From contig DAHUYN010000004.1 of the NCBI GenBank assembly GCA_027315165.1, positions 15,517 through 79,516 of the forward strand: 64,000 bases of DNA, read 5' to 3'. Every line of letters begins with the position of its first letter. Position 1 is the first letter of the stretch. The notes beneath the pieces were generated by a model. The model was not told where the DNA came from. It ran no database searches and saw only the letters and a program-made list of their open reading frames with translations. This document shows, one piece after another, positions 19,402 through 27,848 of the stretch. This DNA is from Thermoplasmata archaeon. GTDB taxonomy: Archaea; Thermoplasmatota; Thermoplasmata; Lutacidiplasmatales; UBA184. The position numbers and the translations under genes are program-made.

Positions 19402-19508
19402 GTATTCTTGCGGCGGCGGCCGTCCGAGCGGCGGTCGAGGGGGTGCCGGGGAATCTTCGAGGCGGGCGGTGCGACCACCGTTATGCGTCCCTCGTCCCTC
19501 GGACGGCG

Positions 19509-19916
19509 ATGCCCAGGTACCCGCCCGGCCCGAAGCTCACGGTCGACGCCGTGTGGATCCGCAGGGGCCGCGTGCTGCTGGTGCGCCGGGGCCGCGAGCC
19601 GTTCCGGGGCCGGTGGGCGTTCCCGGGAGGGTTCGTCGAGGTCGGGGAGACGATGGAGGCGGCCGTCAGCCGCGAGCTCTTGGAGGAGACGGGCCTCGAG
19701 GCCCGGCCCCGAGGCGTCGTCGGGGTCTTCTCGAGGCCGGACCGGGACCCCCGGGGGCACTCCGTGAGCGTCGCCTACCGGATGGTGGGTCGGGCCGGAA
19801 CGCCCGTCGGCGGCGACGACGCCGCGGAGGCCGCCTGGGTCCCGGTCGAGCGTGCGACGACGCTCGCCTTCGACCATGACGAGATCCTGCGGGCCGCCCT
19901 CCGGTCGCGTCGTTAG
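19509..19916 (+). CDS. NUDIX hydrolase
   Basis: Nudix box GGFVEVGETMEAAVSRELLEETGL (G-x5-E-x7-REUxEExGU). 135 aa from the internal ATG. The track ORF starts at 19347, but that N-terminus overlaps the divergent promoter. Confidence 0.75.
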   Translation: MPRYPPGPKLTVDAVWIRRGRVLLVRRGREPFRGRWAFPGGFVEVGETMEAAVSRELLEETGLEARPRGVVGVFSRPDRDPRGHSVSVAYRMVGRAGTPVGGDDAAEAAWVPVERATTLAFDHDEILRAALRSRR

Positions 19917-20563
19917 ACCGCGGTCTTCGACGGCGCGAACGACGGCAGCCGCATCAGGTGTGCGCCGGCCAGGATCGCCCAGAGCAGGATGGGCGCGATG
20001 ATGAGCCGCTCCCACAGGCCGAGGTAGCCCGCCCCGCCGGGGTCGACCTCGAAGAGGACGAGCGCGACGAGCGTGACGACGCCCGAGAGGAACGTGTAGC
20101 CGCGGTAGCCGTCCCAGCGGGTGTCGCGGAAGGTGCCGACACCGAGGCAGAGGAGCGCGATGCCCGAGGCGATGAACGTCGAGGCGCTGACGGCCGTGTG
20201 GATGTGGTCCTGCAGGTCCCCGTTGTTCGTCTCGTGGAAGATGCCGACGAGGATCGCCGACAGCTCCGCGACGACGAGGAAGGCGAGTCCGAGCCTCGCG
20301 AGGGTCTTGGCGGGGAACGCCCGTCGTGCGAGGAGCGTGCCGACGACGCCGGCGAGGCCCAAGAGAATGATGGAGCCGTTGAAGAGCCCGGCGGTCGGGG
20401 ACTGGGGACCGCCGAGGTCGCTCACGTAGTTGGCGAGATCGGAGTAGCCCGGATACCGCAGCTGGACGACGACCATCGCGAGGACGAACTGGAGGGAACC
20501 GAGGGCGAGGAGGGCGCCCCCGAGCCGGGCCGTGCCGGGGACGAGGGGCCCGAGCCGCGTCAT
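19913..20563 (-). CDS. DUF998-like integral membrane protein
   Basis: 216 aa with six TM segments. YPGYSDLANYVSDLG resembles DUF998-family proteins. Confidence 0.55.
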   Translation of the reverse strand: MTRLGPLVPGTARLGGALLALGSLQFVLAMVVVQLRYPGYSDLANYVSDLGGPQSPTAGLFNGSIILLGLAGVVGTLLARRAFPAKTLARLGLAFLVVAELSAILVGIFHETNNGDLQDHIHTAVSASTFIASGIALLCLGVGTFRDTRWDGYRGYTFLSGVVTLVALVLFEVDPGGAGYLGLWERLIIAPILLWAILAGAHLMRLPSFAPSKTAV

Positions 20564-20597
20564 CGGGGGAGCCGCTTCTCCTTCGGCCGTTGCGCGC

Positions 20598-20741
20598 TCA
20601 CTCGTCGCGCGCGTTCCGCTCGTAGGAGGCGTCGCTCGTCTTCTTCAGTCGGGCGCCGTCCCGGTCGCAGACGGGTCGGGCGCTCGGGGGCACGTCGATC
20701 ACGTAGCCGCCTCCGCACTTGGGGCACTCGTAGTAGGGCAT
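20598..20741 (-). CDS. Tiny zinc-ribbon protein (47 aa): MPYYECPKCGGGYVIDVPPSARPVCDRDGARLKKTSDASYERNARDE
   Basis: It has its own near-leaderless promoter, TTATATAT, 29 nt upstream of the ATG. CPKC plus a downstream Cys/Asp. It is the C-terminal part of an otherwise junk 411-aa shadow ORF. Confidence 0.45.
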   Translation of the reverse strand: MPYYECPKCGGGYVIDVPPSARPVCDRDGARLKKTSDASYERNARDE

Positions 20742-20768
20742 CGAAGGCCTCGGGCCAGGGTAGGTTCT

Positions 20769-20780
20769 GGATATATAAGG
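20769..20780. promoter_or_regulatory. Palindromic TATA box (gATATATAAgg / ccTTATATATc) serving divergent genes
   Basis: It is 29 nt upstream of the minus-strand zinc-ribbon ATG and about 55 nt upstream of the plus-strand methyltransferase GTG. Confidence 0.45.
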
Positions 20781-20831
20781 CGGTCCGGCCGGGCGCCCGG
20801 GCCCACGAACGGCTATCTGGCGCGGCGGTTC

Positions 20832-21785
20832 GTGTCGGCCACGACCGCGCCTTCTCCGCCGAAGCTCCGACCGCGATCTTCCCGCGGCGTCGCCCGTCCG
20901 AGGCCTGCGAGCGGCCACCGCCCGGTCCCGGCGACGCAGGCCCGGTTCCGTGACCTCGACCGCTACCGGGTCGAGCGGGAGTGGCTCCGGTACGAGGGGA
21001 CGCCACAGCGCGACCTGTTCCGGGAGCTCCGAGCCCGGTTCCTCGAGCGGCACCGCGACCGTCAGGGCTGGTCGCTGGACCTCGGCTCCGGACCGGGCCG
21101 GTTCGCGCCCTACATCGGCGCTGGCGACGCGACGACGGTGCTCGTCGACCTCTCGCTCGAGATGCTCCGGTTCGCCCACGAGGTCGCGCCGGGACCTCGA
21201 GCCCCGTCCCTCGTGCGGGCCGATGCGCTCGCTCCGCCGTTCCGTCCGGCCGCGTTCACGGCGGTGGTCGCGCTCGGCAACCCGCTCGGCTTCGCGGGCG
21301 GGCTCGCCGAGAAGCTCTTGGACCACGCGTCCCGGCTCGTCCGCCCGGGCGGCGTTCTCCTCCTCGAGGCGGTCGCGGGGCCCGGGGAGTCGTCGACGTA
21401 CCTGCGGCGCCTCCCGCCCAGCGCGGTCGCGCGCCTGCTCGCCGCCCCCCTCAATCTCGTCCGCAGTCGCCTGCTGCGGGAGGGCTTTCGGTCCGGGGTC
21501 CCGCGCAAGGAGGAGACGGGCGAGTTCCGGCGTTTCTCCCCGGACGAGCTGGCCCGCGCGCTCGCAGCGCGCGGGTTCAAGGTCGAGGAGCGTCTCGCCG
21601 TCGCCCCCTGTCTCGGAGGCGATCCCGAGCGCGTCGCCGCGGTGCGCCCGGACGGGCACGCCTGGCGAAACCTCCTCGAGCTCGAGGAGACGGTCGGGCG
21701 GCTTCCCGACCGGTGGCCGAGGGCGGCGGCGTGGCTCGTGGCCGCTCGACGCGCGGATGTCCCACGCGCCGATGCGAGCGATTAA
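20832..21785 (+). CDS. Class I SAM-dependent methyltransferase
   Basis: Motif I WSLDLGSGPGRF, motif II VLVDLS, post-I acidic loop ADALAPPF. The start is set at the first in-frame GTG after the bidirectional promoter. The track ORF extends to 20532, which would overlap the divergent genes. Confidence 0.6.
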   Translation: MSATTAPSPPKLRPRSSRGVARPRPASGHRPVPATQARFRDLDRYRVEREWLRYEGTPQRDLFRELRARFLERHRDRQGWSLDLGSGPGRFAPYIGAGDATTVLVDLSLEMLRFAHEVAPGPRAPSLVRADALAPPFRPAAFTAVVALGNPLGFAGGLAEKLLDHASRLVRPGGVLLLEAVAGPGESSTYLRRLPPSAVARLLAAPLNLVRSRLLREGFRSGVPRKEETGEFRRFSPDELARALAARGFKVEERLAVAPCLGGDPERVAAVRPDGHAWRNLLELEETVGRLPDRWPRAAAWLVAARRADVPRADASD

Positions 21786-21808
21786 GTAGCCCCCCCACCC
21801 CTGAATCA

Positions 21809-24439
21809 GTGGGCCAGGGGCGTCCCGTGGCACGAACGAAGGCGAGCGGCCGCACGAACGCCCCGGCGTCGGGCCGGTCCCCCTCCCGCGCCGCCCCGTT
21901 GCCCCCGAAGGTCCGGGTCCCCTCCGAGGAGGACCTCGAGCTCGCGCGGAGCGACGCCCTCCTGCAGCTCCGCATCGGGCGCTCCGCGCACTACTACTCG
22001 ATCCTCGTCGCGATGGCGCTGCTGTTCGACGCGGCGCTCGTCCTCTACATCCAGCCGAACATCACGTCGGTCGAGCCGGCGCAGATCCGGTCGGTCTTCT
22101 TCCTGCTCTTCCCGCTGATCGGTGGGATTTTCCTGGCGCTCTTCGGGCTCCGTGTGAAGTGGGAGACCTACCAGCTCTGGCCGTGGGAGGCCCACTTCTC
22201 GATGAGCCTCGCCGCGGTCGCCTACAACGGGGTGCTCGTCTACATCTTCTTCGCCTCGCTGCTCCACTTCGGCCCCACCGGCCACTGGTCGCTCCTCCCG
22301 TGGTTCTACCCCGGCGTTCTCGGCGGCCTCTCCCTCGCCCTCCTCGGGCTGTCGCTCACCTGGAGCGAGTGGACGCAGCGAAAGACGGTGAGCCTGGTCG
22401 CGGCGCTCCTCCCCGTGCCGTTCGCCGCGGTCGTCTACGGCTTCGGGCTCACGGCGTCGTCCATCGTCGATGCGCTGGCCCTCTCGCTCAGCACCGCCGC
22501 GGTCCTCTACCTGATCTCGGGAGGCTTCCTCCACATCATCTCCTCGGGCACGCGGACCCACGAACGGGAGGTGATCACCTCGGGACAGAGCCGCCTGTTC
22601 CAGGTCGCCGAGGAGGTCCGCCAGAAGGAGGAGGCGTTCCGGTTCCGCGAGGGGACGCTCCTCAAGCGCGAGGCCGACGCGGAGGACCTCGAGGCGAGCC
22701 TCTCGAGACAGCATCAGGCGCTCGACGAGGCCCGCGCGCAGCTCGCCCAGCAGGAGACCGAGCTCGGACAGCGGCTCGCCGACCTCCGCACGGCGGAGGA
22801 GAGCTGGGCGACGCGGTCGGCCGAGGCGAACGCTCTCCAACAGGCGGCGAAGGACCGCGAGTCGGCGCTCGCGCTCCGCGAGAAGGACCTCGCGGGCCAG
22901 AGCCCGCGGCTGGCGGAGCGGGAGCGCACCGTCACGCAGCGCGAGGGCGAGCAACGACAGCGGGAGGTCGAGCTCGGGCGGCGCGAGCAGGAGCTGCAAC
23001 GACGGCTCTCGGGGATCCCCGAGAGCGAGGCCGCCCTTGAACGCCGACGTCAGGAGGTCGACCGGCGCACCGCGGAGCTTCTTCAGCGGGAGAGCACGCT
23101 GCGCACGCGGGAGGCCGCGGCCGGGAACGCCGCCGCGTCCACCGCGGGAGCCACCCCCGGCGGGCTCGAGGAGCGTGAGGCGCACCTCGCGCAGCTGAAG
23201 ATGACGCTCGACGAGCAGAACCTCGCGCTCGGACGACGCGCCCGCCAGATCGACGAGATGCTCAAGGACGTCCTGCGGCGCGAGGAGGGCCTCGGCCGCC
23301 GGGAGTCCGACCTCACCGGGCGCGAGGGTGCCCTCACGCAGCGCGAGACGGACGCGAAGGGGCAGTTCGACCTCGGCGAGAGCCGCCGCCAGCAGTACGA
23401 GGGCGCGATGCAGCAGTACGCCGACCGCCTCAAGCAGGTCGACGTCAAGGAGGCGACCGTCAACGCTCGGCGCCTCGAGATCGAACGCCAGGGCACGCTC
23501 GCGCAACAGCGCGAGGCCCAGCTCAAGGAAAGGGACCAGCAGCTCGCCGTTCAGCGGACCTCGCTCGATCGGCTGCAGCGGGTCCTCGCCGAGCGGCAGA
23601 AGAGCCTCGAGGCGCGCGAGGACGAGCTCGCGCTCCGCCGACAACAGACGGGCGGCGTCGCGGCGCCGACCGCCGAGCTCGCCGAGGCGGAGCCGCTCGC
23701 CCGGCCCGTCGCCACACGCTTTAAGGACCGCGAACCCACCGGAACGCCCCGGCTCGACGACCTGCTCCAGGGCGGGCTCGGCGCGAAGAGCCACCTGCTC
23801 CTGCTCGGCGACGCGTTCGTCGGGAAGGAGGTCGTCCTCTACGCGTTCCTCGCCGAGGGGCTCAAGCGGGGCGAGCCGGCCGTCATCGTGACGACCTCCC
23901 GCTCCCCCGAGGAGGTCGGCCAGCAGATCGGGCTCGTCGCGCCCCAGTTCCGCGAGTACGAGCAGATGGGCAAGGTCGCGTGGGTCGATGCCACAGCCTC
24001 GACACAGACCGGGACCTCGAGCCGGAAGATCTCCGGCCCGGACGACCATGCCGGGATCCTTTCGGCCGTCGTCGCCGCCTGCAAGCGGTTTGACGGCGCC
24101 GGCGCGAAGGCCGTCCGGGTCGGGTACCTCGGGCTCACCTCGACCCTGGCCCACGCCGACGACCGGGCGGCGACGGTCTTCGTCCAGAACTTCGTCGGGA
24201 TCCTCAAGCCTCGAGCGGCGCTCGCGATGTACACGGTCGAGGCCGGGGCGCTCCCCGAGGCCCGCGTCGAGGGGATCCTCTCGCGGATGGACGGGGCGAT
24301 CCGCTTTCGGCAAGAGCGCGACAAGACGTTCCTCCAGGTCGCCGGTCTCGGCGAGGTCGAGACGCGCGAGTGGGTCGAGTGCCGGGCCACGAACCGGGCT
24401 CTCGTCATCGGGTCGTTCACGCTCGAGCGCATCCGATAA
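21809..24439 (+). CDS. Large membrane protein: N-terminal 6-8 TM domain, about 470-aa charged coiled-coil, and a C-terminal KaiC/RecA-like domain with degenerate Walker A/B (predicted pseudo-ATPase)
   Basis: TM region ILVAMALLFDAALVLYI...VPFAAVVYGFGL. Coiled-coil heptad-like ERE/QRE repeats (LAQQETELGQRLADLRTAEE...). C-terminal HLLLLGDAFVGKEVVLYAFLAEGLKRGEPAVIVTT, where Walker A is GxxxxGKE rather than GKS/T, and the Walker B position reads VRVGYLGLTS with no Asp. The GTG start is uncertain by a few tens of nucleotides. Confidence 0.7.
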   Translation: MGQGRPVARTKASGRTNAPASGRSPSRAAPLPPKVRVPSEEDLELARSDALLQLRIGRSAHYYSILVAMALLFDAALVLYIQPNITSVEPAQIRSVFFLLFPLIGGIFLALFGLRVKWETYQLWPWEAHFSMSLAAVAYNGVLVYIFFASLLHFGPTGHWSLLPWFYPGVLGGLSLALLGLSLTWSEWTQRKTVSLVAALLPVPFAAVVYGFGLTASSIVDALALSLSTAAVLYLISGGFLHIISSGTRTHEREVITSGQSRLFQVAEEVRQKEEAFRFREGTLLKREADAEDLEASLSRQHQALDEARAQLAQQETELGQRLADLRTAEESWATRSAEANALQQAAKDRESALALREKDLAGQSPRLAERERTVTQREGEQRQREVELGRREQELQRRLSGIPESEAALERRRQEVDRRTAELLQRESTLRTREAAAGNAAASTAGATPGGLEEREAHLAQLKMTLDEQNLALGRRARQIDEMLKDVLRREEGLGRRESDLTGREGALTQRETDAKGQFDLGESRRQQYEGAMQQYADRLKQVDVKEATVNARRLEIERQGTLAQQREAQLKERDQQLAVQRTSLDRLQRVLAERQKSLEAREDELALRRQQTGGVAAPTAELAEAEPLARPVATRFKDREPTGTPRLDDLLQGGLGAKSHLLLLGDAFVGKEVVLYAFLAEGLKRGEPAVIVTTSRSPEEVGQQIGLVAPQFREYEQMGKVAWVDATASTQTGTSSRKISGPDDHAGILSAVVAACKRFDGAGAKAVRVGYLGLTSTLAHADDRAATVFVQNFVGILKPRAALAMYTVEAGALPEARVEGILSRMDGAIRFRQERDKTFLQVAGLGEVETREWVECRATNRALVIGSFTLERIR

Positions 24440-24463
24440 GGCGGCCCGCGGGTCCGGGCGCGC

Positions 24464-25165
24464 ATGTCGTCGTCCGCCTCGGGCGAGCCGCTCGCGACGC
24501 CCCCCGACGGCCTCGAGGCCGCGCGGGGGAACGCGTTCGGGCTCGGCGTGGGGGCGCGCACGCTCACCGTCTACGCGGCGACCTCGCTCGTCTTCGCGTT
24601 CGCGGCGCTCGTCGTCGAGCTCGCGGTCGGCGACCCGCTGGCCTCACGGCATCCGGGCTCGTTGTACTACAGCGTCGCCGATGCCGTGTGGCACCTGGCG
24701 ACGGGCCTCGCCCTCGCGCTGCCGACACGAAAGCGCGCGCTGATCGTCACGATGCCGTTCCTCTCGCTCGCGATCGACGTGGACCACGTCTTCGGGGCCG
24801 CGCTGCCGAGCGTCGTGGGCCGCGAGTCGCACGACCTCTTCTTCCTCGCCCTCGTCACGGCGGTGCTGTGGCGGTTCCTCGGTCGGACCCCCGCCCTCCT
24901 CGGCGCGGCCGCGACGCTCCTCCACCTCGGCGTCGACGGCGGCTCCTTCCCGCTCCTCGCCCCGATCACGACCTCCGTGTGGCCGTTCCCCGCCGGCGTC
25001 GCGATCGCCTCGATCGCGCTCTCCGCGCTGCTCGTCGCGTCGACCCAGCGATCGCTGCGAGAGCTCGCCCGGCCCCGCGAGGCCCTCCCGCTCGTCGTCG
25101 CGGTCGCGGCGATCGTCGTCGTCGGGGCGTTCGTCCCCTGGGTGAGGGTCTTCAACGGCGCCTGA
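24464..25165 (+). CDS. Integral membrane protein, possibly a membrane-bound metal-dependent hydrolase (YdjM/DUF457-like)
   Basis: 233 aa with 5-6 TM segments. Conserved His/Asp near TM ends (WHLATG, IDVDHVFG, LLHLGVDG). Confidence 0.5.
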   Translation: MSSSASGEPLATPPDGLEAARGNAFGLGVGARTLTVYAATSLVFAFAALVVELAVGDPLASRHPGSLYYSVADAVWHLATGLALALPTRKRALIVTMPFLSLAIDVDHVFGAALPSVVGRESHDLFFLALVTAVLWRFLGRTPALLGAAATLLHLGVDGGSFPLLAPITTSVWPFPAGVAIASIALSALLVASTQRSLRELARPREALPLVVAVAAIVVVGAFVPWVRVFNGA

Positions 25166-25189
25166 GCGGGGCCGCCGGCCGGCGCCGGC

Positions 25190-25531
25190 TCAGACCCGGT
25201 GCCGGCAGTGCGCCTGGATCTTTTCCGAGAGCGCGGGGAACTGCCAGTGGGGGCCGAACTCGTCCAGGTGCGCGTGCGGGGCCGTCCGCGACCAGTAGAA
25301 CCAGTCGTCGCAGACCCCCTCGCTCCGCTCGACCATCATGCCGGACGAGTAGATGCGGTTGCGCCGCGTGAGGTGGTTCAGGGCGTGCTGCGTCTCGACG
25401 AGCATGTCCTCGCCCATGATCTTCGAGCCGACGGCATCGTAGAGCTCGTGAACGCACCACGGACGGTCCGGGTGCTCGTCGAGGTATCCCTGCAGCCTCG
25501 CCATCAGGTTCTCCGAGGAGGTCGTGGCCAT
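25190..25531 (-). CDS. Hypothetical protein
   Basis: 113 aa. Natural composition (MATTSSENLMARLQGYLDEHPDRPWCVHELYDAVGSKIMGEDMLVETQHALNHL...). No family recognised. Confidence 0.45.
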   Translation of the reverse strand: MATTSSENLMARLQGYLDEHPDRPWCVHELYDAVGSKIMGEDMLVETQHALNHLTRRNRIYSSGMMVERSEGVCDDWFYWSRTAPHAHLDEFGPHWQFPALSEKIQAHCRHRV

Positions 25532-25658
25532 GCTCCCCCAAAGTCGCCGGGGCTACTTGAACCCCAGAGGTCCCGCGGAATCGGGATTCCCGGCCCGCCG
25601 TCGCTCGGTCGGGCGAGCGGCCGACGCGCCCCGAAGCGCCGAGGCGGTGAGAGGGCCG

Positions 25659-26114
25659 TCAGTCCTTGTGCACGACGACCTGGACGAGGGTGTCGTGCCA
25701 CGCCTTCGGGTTCTTCCAGGGATTGTCCTCGTAAACCTCCCGATAGATCCCCGCACGTCGGATCGTCCCCTCCTTGCGACGCCACCGGAGCCAGTCGGTG
25801 AGCCCGTGGTAGACGACGCGCGGTGAGACCTGCTCCGGGTCGAATCGCACCTCGGCCACGGCGGACGCCTTGTACGTTCGCCGCGTCATCCGTCCCTCGG
25901 GGCGCGCCCGGCCGAAGACCTCGACGGCGACCTCCCAGGTCCTCTCCCGAGGCTGTTGGAAGAACCAGCGCCCGGTGCGGAGCTTGTGGGCCTTGGCCCA
26001 ACGGCCGACCCCCTCGAGCTCCCGCTTGATGCGGGCCTCGTTCCACGGCCCCACCCAGCGCACCGCGACCACCTTCGCCGCCTTCGCCCGCCCGAAGCGG
26101 AAGTCCACGAGCAT
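25659..26114 (-). CDS. GyrI-like / AraC-effector-binding-like small-molecule-binding domain protein
   Basis: 151 aa. C-terminal AGIYREVYEDNPWKNPKAWHDTLVQVVV fits G.Y.E.Y..DP...P.E..T.I..PV of GyrI-like domains. Confidence 0.45.
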   Translation of the reverse strand: MLVDFRFGRAKAAKVVAVRWVGPWNEARIKRELEGVGRWAKAHKLRTGRWFFQQPRERTWEVAVEVFGRARPEGRMTRRTYKASAVAEVRFDPEQVSPRVVYHGLTDWLRWRRKEGTIRRAGIYREVYEDNPWKNPKAWHDTLVQVVVHKD

Positions 26115-26187
26115 GTCTCCTCGAAGGCCCGTCGCCCGGACCTACCCGACGGGAAGGAGCCGAGGTAGATGCGGGTTTCGCCGCGCC

Positions 26188-27456
26188 TCAGGTGTGCGCC
26201 GCGCGCGTTTCGTCGGTCCGCGGCGACAGGTAACCGATCTGTCGCTCGACGGCGTGGGCTGCCCGCTCGGCGCTCGCGCGGGCCGCGCCGACGGTAGCGC
26301 CCCGGGCGACGGCCACGCCGAGGCGACGCGCCTCGTAGCCCTCGGGCTTTCCGAAGAGAAAGAGCCGGACGGAGGGGTCCGCGAGCGCCTCGGAGACCCC
26401 GCCGAACACCGGGGCCCAGCCGGCGTCGGCCCCGAGGATGACGTGCGCGGCCGCGGGGACCGTCGGTTCCGGACCCTGGTAGGGAAGGCCGAGGATCGCC
26501 CGGGCGTGGAGCGCGAACTCGCTGTTCCACTGGCTCCCCAGCGTGACCAGACCGGTATCGTGCGGTCGCGGCGAGACCTCGCTGAAGAGCACGTCCGTGC
26601 CGCGGACGAAGCACTCGACCCCGAAGACGCCGAACCCGCCGAGCCGATCGGTGACCTGGGTCGCGGTCGATGCGAGGGTCGCGCGGACGTCCCGCGCGAG
26701 GTCTGCCGGCTGCCAGCTCTCGTGGTAGAGCGTCGAGGGACGCTCGTGCGCGATCGGCTCGAGGGTCGTGGTCGTCGAGCGGCCCGCCGAGTCGTAGTGA
26801 CGGACGGCGAGAACGGTGACCTCGAGGTCGAAGCGGACGAACTCCTCGAGCATCACGCGGGGCCGGGGAACGCGCCCGCCGTGCGCGGCCGCCTCGTACG
26901 CGGCCGGGACCTCGTCGGAGGAGCGGACGACGCTCATGCCATGGCCCGAGCTGCTCGTCATCGCCTTGACGAGGCAGGGGAACCCGAGATCGCGCGCGGC
27001 CTTGCGGGCCGTGCCGACGTCGTCGGCGAAGGCGTAGCGGGAGCTCCGCACTCGGGCCTGCTCGACGGCCAGCCGACGGATCCGCTCGCGGTCCATCGTG
27101 GCGCGCGTCGCCTCGGCGCCGGGGATCACCGTCCAGCCCTCCCGCTCGAGGTCGACGAGCGCGTCGGTGTCGATCTGCTCGATCTCGGGGACGAGGAGGT
27201 CCGGCTGCTCCCGGCGCACGAGCGCCTTGAGGGCGGCGCCGTCGGTCATCGGCAGCACGTGGTGGCGGTGCGCCACCTGCATCGCGGGCGCGCCCTCGTA
27301 GCGGTCGACCGCGACGACCTCGGCGCCGAGGCGCATGGCCTCGAGCGCGACCTCGCGGCCGAGCTCGCCGCTCCCGAGCAGAAGGAGCCGGGGCGCGTCG
27401 CCGACGAGAGGGGTTCCGAGCTGCCGGCGGAACGGCACGCCCCGGGACGGCGGCAC
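26188..27456 (-). CDS. purT: Formate-dependent phosphoribosylglycinamide formyltransferase (GAR transformylase 2)
   Basis: 422 aa with an ATP-grasp domain. N-terminal LGTP...RLLLLGSGELGREVALEA, FPCLVKAMTSSSGHGMSVV. Overall collinear with PurT. Confidence 0.85.
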   Translation of the reverse strand: MPPSRGVPFRRQLGTPLVGDAPRLLLLGSGELGREVALEAMRLGAEVVAVDRYEGAPAMQVAHRHHVLPMTDGAALKALVRREQPDLLVPEIEQIDTDALVDLEREGWTVIPGAEATRATMDRERIRRLAVEQARVRSSRYAFADDVGTARKAARDLGFPCLVKAMTSSSGHGMSVVRSSDEVPAAYEAAAHGGRVPRPRVMLEEFVRFDLEVTVLAVRHYDSAGRSTTTTLEPIAHERPSTLYHESWQPADLARDVRATLASTATQVTDRLGGFGVFGVECFVRGTDVLFSEVSPRPHDTGLVTLGSQWNSEFALHARAILGLPYQGPEPTVPAAAHVILGADAGWAPVFGGVSEALADPSVRLFLFGKPEGYEARRLGVAVARGATVGAARASAERAAHAVERQIGYLSPRTDETRAAHT

Positions 27457-27463
27457 GACCCGA

Positions 27464-27748
27464 CTACTCGTCGTCGGAGATCTGGCGGGGCTTCGGGATC
27501 ACCTTCGGCTGCTCGGCCAGGGTCGGCATGCCGGTCTTCCCCTCGACGATCTCGCAGTCCTGCCAGTTGACGCCGACGGTGACGGCGGGGAAGGCGACCT
27601 TGAGCGTATAATTGGCGAGCTTGCCGACGACGAGGCCCTGGGCACCCTCGACGAGGTTGCCGTTCATCACGGAGAGGTCCCGTGTGACCGTGACGCGGGT
27701 CTGGCCGATGACGATCCGTTCGAGCTCGCTGCGGTCCCGCATGGTCAC
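27464..27748 (-). CDS. Small beta-rich hypothetical protein (possibly PRC-barrel/TRAM-like), directly upstream of purT
   Basis: 94 aa. An 8-nt gap to purT suggests an operon. Natural composition. Confidence 0.45.
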   Translation of the reverse strand: MTMRDRSELERIVIGQTRVTVTRDLSVMNGNLVEGAQGLVVGKLANYTLKVAFPAVTVGVNWQDCEIVEGKTGMPTLAEQPKVIPKPRQISDDE

Positions 27749-27803
27749 GTGCGCGCGCGATGGCGGGTACCGCTCTTAAGCGCTCGCTCGAGGGCGCCCC
27801 CTC

Positions 27804-27819
27804 AAAGACTTTAGGTAGG
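27804..27819 (+). promoter_or_regulatory. Promoter motif AAAGACTTTAGGTAGG (BRE-like AAAG plus TATA-like TTTAGGTA), 29 nt upstream of the ATG at 27849
   Basis: A near-identical motif in reverse orientation (AAAGTCTTTAGTAGGT) sits upstream of the giant surface-protein gene at 33766-33781. Confidence 0.45.
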
Positions 27820-27848
27820 ACCCCTCGTTAACGGCCCTGCCGGAACTC

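Noticed and set aside
20598-21833. 411-aa minus-strand ORF opposite the methyltransferase
   Set aside because: Only its last 47 codons (the zinc-ribbon protein, with its own TATA box) look genuine. The rest is Arg-rich shadow of the plus-strand methyltransferase gene.
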